Shown here: positions 58,590-64,000 of the stretch, piece by piece | Layout: every line of letters starts with the position of its first letter | Position numbering within the stretch: the stretch's first letter is position 1 | From: Amoebophrya sp. A120 | Taxonomy: Eukaryota; Protista; Dinoflagellata | DNA: 64,000 bases | NCBI GenBank assembly: GCA_905178155.1 | Contig: CAJINV010000005.1 | Coordinates: 3,531,902 to 3,595,901 of the forward strand | Direction of reading: 5' to 3' | Made by a program: the position numbers and the translations under genes | Notes under the pieces: model-generated | What the model saw: only the letters and a program-made list of their open reading frames with translations | Database searches by the model: none | What the model was told of the DNA's origin: nothing

Positions 58590-61298
58590 CGGCCTCTTCA
58601 TCCACAACTAGAGTAGCAGCTTGTTGCACCCCTGGCCGCGCAGCCCCCGGACCATGATCTTGCACTTCTGCCACTGCCACTGCGCCTTCATCTGGTTGGG
58701 CATAATTTTCCACGCCTGTAGAGGACATCGCGCCGCTCCCGGTGGCTCTCGTAGACGTAGTCACTCCAGATCTACTTCTAGAAGTTGCTTCTGTATCATG
58801 GTTGTTGCGACCCGGACTCTCCACCTCGCCGTTCTCGTCATCCTCAAGGACTTTTGTCGTCGCCGCTGAAGAAGAGGACGGAGATGTTCTTCTTGCCCGT
58901 GCGAGGACCTTCTCCACAGCAATAGAAGTAGAACAACCATCGGCCGCCCCGAGATTAGCATCCTCTACCTTTTCGGAGTTGTCGGACGAAGAGTCTACTT
59001 CTTCAGCATCCTCACTGGAGTTGTAGTCGGGCGAAGAATCTACTTCGTCGCGCGACCATTCAGGCTTTCGCACTACACTGTAATCTTCGCGGTTGACCCC
59101 GACTGAGTCGAACTTTTTCGGGTCCAGCTTATCCCTCAACCAGGGCCACAGTTCGTAGCCATAAACCATCTGTTTGTTCGCATTCTGTCCGTAGTCGTGC
59201 GACACTTTGTACGCGGTTCCCGGTGCCACGTGTGGTCGATCTTCGCTCGTTGACGTTGTTGAACCCACAAGGCTCTCAGTGTCGTCGTCGTCCTCCTCCT
59301 CGTCGTTGATGTCATCTTCTACTTCAGAGTTCGACGAAAGGTGAAGGTCCTCATCTAGTACTCTCGCATGCTGTTCTTGTTGTTGTTCTTGTCGTTCTTG
59401 TAGAGGACCTGATGCACCACCTCCACTCCTCAACGTGGTCTTCACTCGAAGCTTTTCTAGCATGCTGCTCACGTCGATCGCCTGCACCTCCGTAGCGTGG
59501 CCGATCACCTCTATACCAACGCGGTTCCGAAGGTCTTGGAGCAGCTCTCCCTGGACCGCTCGGGTCGCGGCGCGCTCGCCTTGCAGCAGTTTCCGTTTCG
59601 TCGCGTGACCCATGTAGTCGTGCACGTCCTCCACCTCCTCGTTTCTCCCGAACTGCGAAAAAAAATTGGCGGAGGACGACGCCCCTTCTTGTTCTTCTTG
59701 TTCCGTGCAGTCTTCAGTGTAGTCTAGTGCTGTTGATGATGCTCTAGTACTTCCCTTCTCGCACAACTTGTCTAGCTTTTTCTCTTCCTTCGCCAGCTGC
59801 AGGCCAAGCTTGTGTAGCGCCTCTTCGTCGTCGTTGTCGTCCCGCCCGAAGATGGTATCTCGAACCGATTCCGTTAGCACGTCCAAAACCTGTGTGTCCA
59901 TGAACTCCTCCATGATTTCGTGCAGCTGTTCGCCTTTCTCGAAAACTTCCACAAAAATGGTCTCTAAGTTCTGGACCACAAGCGCCAGCTCCTTGTTGTT
60001 TTTATCATCCAGGGCCTTGCCAAGCAGTTCCTTCGCGCCGAGTTGGAGCAGATCGGAGAAAAACTTCGCTGCTGACGCGGAGACGCCTGTTTTGAAGTGC
60101 AGCACCGTCTCGTGTCCGGTGATGAGGCGGATCGCTTGTTTGCAACGTCCATCACCCCATACAGGCTGTGGGAGAGTTTGTCTTTCAGTGTGTGCTTGAT
60201 GTAGTGCCACATGTCAGTGAAGGATGTTTTTGTCGTCCACGAAAACGTGTCGCCAAACCATTTTTTTGCATCCTGCGAGATGTGGCCCGTGGCGTGGACG
60301 GGCGCTTTGACGGTCTCAGGCGGGGAAAGCTTTGGCCCAACAAGAAGTCGATGGTAGAATTTTTGGTGCTGGAGCTGCAAGTCCAGTAGGGACGAAGACG
60401 AGGCCGATGATGTCGTCAGCATTCTTGTCGAATTGTCAACCAAAGTCGCAAGAAACGAAGCGGGGGAGTTCGAGTTGTAAGTGGTCTCACGTAGTGGTAG
60501 ATCTTCCATGCTGCTCGTTATCGCATGTCGCCGCGGAACCAAATCAAAATGAGTCACTTTCTTTTGATGTCCCGTAGAGTGTTGCTCTAGCATCTTCATC
60601 ACCGCACTAGAAGGCGAGGGTCCTTCAATAGTGTGGCTAAAAACTACGTCATCTACTCTACTACTTTCATCAGCGTTGACAGACGTAGACGATGAAGCTG
60701 CTATGCTTGTAGCCCTTGCGCCCGACGAGGAGGACTTGTTTTCCTCTAGCTCGTGTGTATTTTTAAGGTAAACTGTTGCTGTCGCTGTGGTTGTAGTTCC
60801 TCCATTGCTACCTGATCTTGACGGGTCGCTGTGGTTGCTGTTGCTCTCCTCCAGCATCGTGGTCCCCAGAGAAACTTCTTGCGCACCATCGTGTCCAAGA
60901 ACTACCGAAGCCGCTGATAGACGCCACGTTTGCTCGTCGCTGGCTGCTGCTTGTGTATGATGTTCATTTTGCAGCTGTAGCTGTAGGTGAGGCTGCTGGG
61001 GCTGCTCCTGTGAACCGACATGCTGCTGCTCAACATCGTTAATGCCCAGGCCGTCATCGGTAGCAGAGACGTTGTGGCTGCCAGAAAAGTCATGATTTCC
61101 ATGTCGACGTCCAATTGCAGCAGAGATGGCAGGGGAGGATGTAGTTTTTAGGGCGAAATAAAAATGAAGAAGCCGGTGAGGTGACGCCGCTTGCCCACGA
61201 CCTGCGACGAAAAGAAGAACAGACCCGGTCAGCGACCACTTCCAAAGCGAAGTACTTCTGGTCCTTCTGCTCATCTTGTTGGAACCGTATTGCGACAT
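58590..61298 (-). CDS. First exon of a very large predicted secreted protein, with a 1-nt frameshift near 60140
   Basis: ORF 59964-61298 has a signal-like segment WSLTGSVLLFVAGRGQA and overlaps ORF 58555-60210. One extra A at 60139-60141 gives ...GVMDVAKQAIRLITG. Confidence 0.65.
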
Positions 61299-62698
61299 GC
61301 GCCTGGAGCGGCGCTACCAGTGAGGACGCAGGCCACTGCGAGGAGCGGCTGATGGTGCGTGGAAGTCGTAGTAGCGGTGCCCCATACGTCGACTCGTCGC
61401 GGGCGAGAAGTCTGTACTTATGCTTGGTTGTTTCGTAAATAAATTTTCGGTGTGCACACGCACAGGAAGGCCGAGTAGCGTGATCCCGAAAGTAAATGAA
61501 ACTATCTCTCTAGCACGAGTGGCATCTTCTACATATTAAGTTCCTGGTCTACGAACGAATTTTTTTTCCCGAAAACGTCTAGAGGACAAAAACCGCTCTT
61601 GATGTCCCGCCCAGGACATCATTGAAAAGCAGACCCCCGTTTTCGTTTGCAACAGAAAATGCGACTAAATGAGGCATGTTATTTATCAACCTGCTATCCC
61701 CTTCTTTTTGTTTTACTTTCAGCTCTTTGAGCGAATACAACGATATTTTCGTACGCTGTCCGACGTGCAGCCTGCAGCTGCCGGCCCACCCCCTTTTTCC
61801 TTGATGTGGCATTTTTTGCGAGCTGCACGACAAGTTGGGAGAGCCTTCTTTTCATTCCCGTTGTACTAGTATAGTCCGACCAGCAACGAGAACGAATATG
61901 ACCCTGTGGGTCGTTGGAGAAATACGATTACGAATAGGCATCAGAAGCGGGACGAGGCCTGAGTACCAGAACCTGCCTCGACGAGCAGTAGCAAATGCGA
62001 CCTGGAACAAGCATAATTGCGGTGATGATCTTCATCGCTACGATGTAAAAAGCCCCTGCAATCAATGAGTAAACAGAAAAGTAGTAGTATCTATCCGACG
62101 CACGAAAGCTGCCATGTACAACGTCGATTGATTACCGACCAGCGTCGACGATTTTGATTATACGAGTAGAATATCCTATCGTCTTCGACGGGCATACTTA
62201 TCAATATGATCTTCTCGACCGAGAACGGATGAGCGGACACACCACGAAGACCCAAGACCACGGATGGAGATAGAAGTTCCTTGTCCAGCACATGGGACGA
62301 AGCACTTACAGAAATCAGCATGTTGGTACGTCCTGCAACAGAAAATCGAGACCGATCATAGCATAAGTCCTTGTCGAGTTTCAAGTTCGACGCACTGGTG
62401 CGTTTTTTTTTTAGTTTTGCATTTGCACTGTTAAGCAAGTCACGCGTATAAATTCTGATTTTTATTGTTTGGGTGCGCTTCAGTCCTGATAGATTTGCTG
62501 CGAAGGAATGGTAAGGTTTTGATACTTTTTTTTTCTGAGCCAGTGGCAGTACCAGTGTTGCTTTTGAATTTGTTGATGTCCATTTGAGAATTCACACATG
62601 GATATGCCTATGGAGGTGCTGCACCCTGACCATACGGCAAATTCAACCACTGGTGGCTGCCGGCACTGCCACTGCTACTGTTTCCTTCAGTAGCACCA

Positions 62699-64000
62699 TT
62701 TCGTTTCGTTCCTTCCATGTGGTATCCCTAAACCCGAGCGGCCCGTTGGACCGCGCCGTTGGGGCTGGGTAAAGCGTCCTGGGCCTACCTCCCAAAACCG
62801 AGGCCCAGCACGCCTCACCACCAAACGTCTGTCCGGACGAACCGGCACGACGTATACGGCCACTCGGGTGGGGGGGTGGGGCAAAAATTCACCTAAACCT
62901 ACGTCCCCCAGACGCACATATCGATGACTCTACATCGCTCCTCCCCACTCTAGGGGAGGAGATCGCAAACGTGCAATAGCTTCTACGGATCTGCCAGCCG
63001 ATATAGTGCGAACGGGGGACCCCAAATCCCAGTTACTACACGAAAAGGATCTACCGAGGTAGATATGTCTTTCGTTTCGTTCCTTCCATGTGGTATCCCT
63101 AAACCCGAGCGGCCCGTTGGACCGCGCCGTTGGGGCTGGGTAAAGCGTCCTGGGCCTACCTCCCAAAACCGAGGCCCAGCACGCCTCACCACCACCTTGC
63201 CAAACAGGGCAAGACCCCTCAGAACCCCACAGCAGGTGGTTGAATGAGGGGAGACCCAGCCCCGCCCCAATTGCCCTCGGCAAGGCCCTACGCCGAAGTG
63301 GAACAAACGAAATCCCAAAGCGAGGGACAAGTAGACACGGGAAGAAACCCAAACAAAACCGCCAGTGGTAGAAGTGGGAACACTGTTTTCTGAGTGGGAT
63401 CACATGACAAGCCTGGGCCCGCGAAGCAGTAAATCGCATACCCAAAGGTGGAAAATGTATTTGAAGAAGAGACGTCATACCGTCCAGAAACATCTGCACA
63501 CTGAGTCCACAGGCGGATCTCAAAACAAAAGGGTACAGGGCAAGCGCAAAAAACATCGCGGAGTGGCTCAAACTTGAGCCAGCAACTCCTCAGCCGGAAT
63601 AGAATCCAGCAGCTCACAAGGATCTTCAAGCGGGGTCGCCACCGTGGTCAGGAACCTCTGAATCTCATCCCCCAAAGCGACACAGGAATGAAGCTGCACC
63701 CTAGCCACCCGACAGAACTGCGCCCAAAGTGCATCGCGGGTAGTCGCGTCAGCAACATTTTCCCCGGAGGGGAGCCACTCGAAGTACGGCACTATGGCAA
63801 AACGGGCACACAAACTCCAAAATAAAGCCGCTACCACCGACAGGTGAGCGCGCTCGCCCGATCGACTCCGCAAAACCCCCACCGCAGTGGTGTTGTCCAG
63901 AAAGAATACGACCCGCTTGTGCGACAAGGTCGGGCCCCAGAGCATCAACAGAATGACCGGTGTAAAACTCTCCAACACGTTGATCGGGAAAGACCCCCAA
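62699..64000 (-). mobile_element. 3' end of a DIRS-order (split direct repeat) retrotransposon
   Basis: Identical 125-bp repeats at 62699-62823 and 63070-63194 downstream of a DIRS-type RNase H. The end falls at a TTT. Confidence 0.8.
63568..64000 (-). CDS. RNase H domain of a DIRS-type RT/RH polyprotein (partial)
   Basis: PINVLESF...VVFFLDNTTAVGVL...FEWLPSGENVADATTR matches the DIRS RNase HI motifs (IN.LE; DN..A; W.PS..N.AD..SR). Confidence 0.85.
   Translation of the reverse strand, partial: WGSFPINVLESFTPVILLMLWGPTLSHKRVVFFLDNTTAVGVLRSRSGERAHLSVVAALFWSLCARFAIVPYFEWLPSGENVADATTRDALWAQFCRVARVQLHSCVALGDEIQRFLTTVATPLEDPCELLDSIPAEELLAQV

Noticed and set aside
4860-62545. Relic dinoflagellate spliced-leader sequences upstream of genes
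   Set aside because: Only 6-8-nt partial matches (e.g. about 4886, 31011, 62535), consistent with chance.
1-64000. tRNA, rRNA or snRNA genes
   Set aside because: None recognised by eye; a covariance-model scan would be needed to exclude them.

Overview
Eukaryotic genomic DNA, most likely from a syndinian dinoflagellate of the Amoebophrya type. This is inferred from architecture (no database search): all genes are on the minus strand, the proteins are low-complexity, and the introns are non-canonical. Recognisable genes are a SET/MYND (SMYD-like) protein, a two-KH-domain RD/RS-rich RNA-binding protein, a CS (p23-like) domain protein, a GT31 beta-1,3-galactosyltransferase-like protein and several large hypothetical or membrane proteins. 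The dominant feature is about 29 MITE-like 'introner' elements from at least five TIR families. Most are 140-300 bp, have TA...TA termini and are flanked by 5-bp direct repeats. All sit in coding sequence, and removing the element plus one repeat copy restores the reading frame wherever I checked. None of the 19 copies with a perfect direct repeat can be read as GT-AG or GC-AG in any register, and two families occur in both orientations, which points to structure-guided removal. Several introners carry secondary insertions with long (18-20 bp) duplications at a shared TTTGTCATG motif. The window also holds a 4.57-kb Foldback-like TIR element, a coding-less split-direct-repeat DIRS-order element, and the 3' end of a DIRS-order retrotransposon with an RNase H domain. 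Gene models were assembled by eye and need RNA-seq confirmation.
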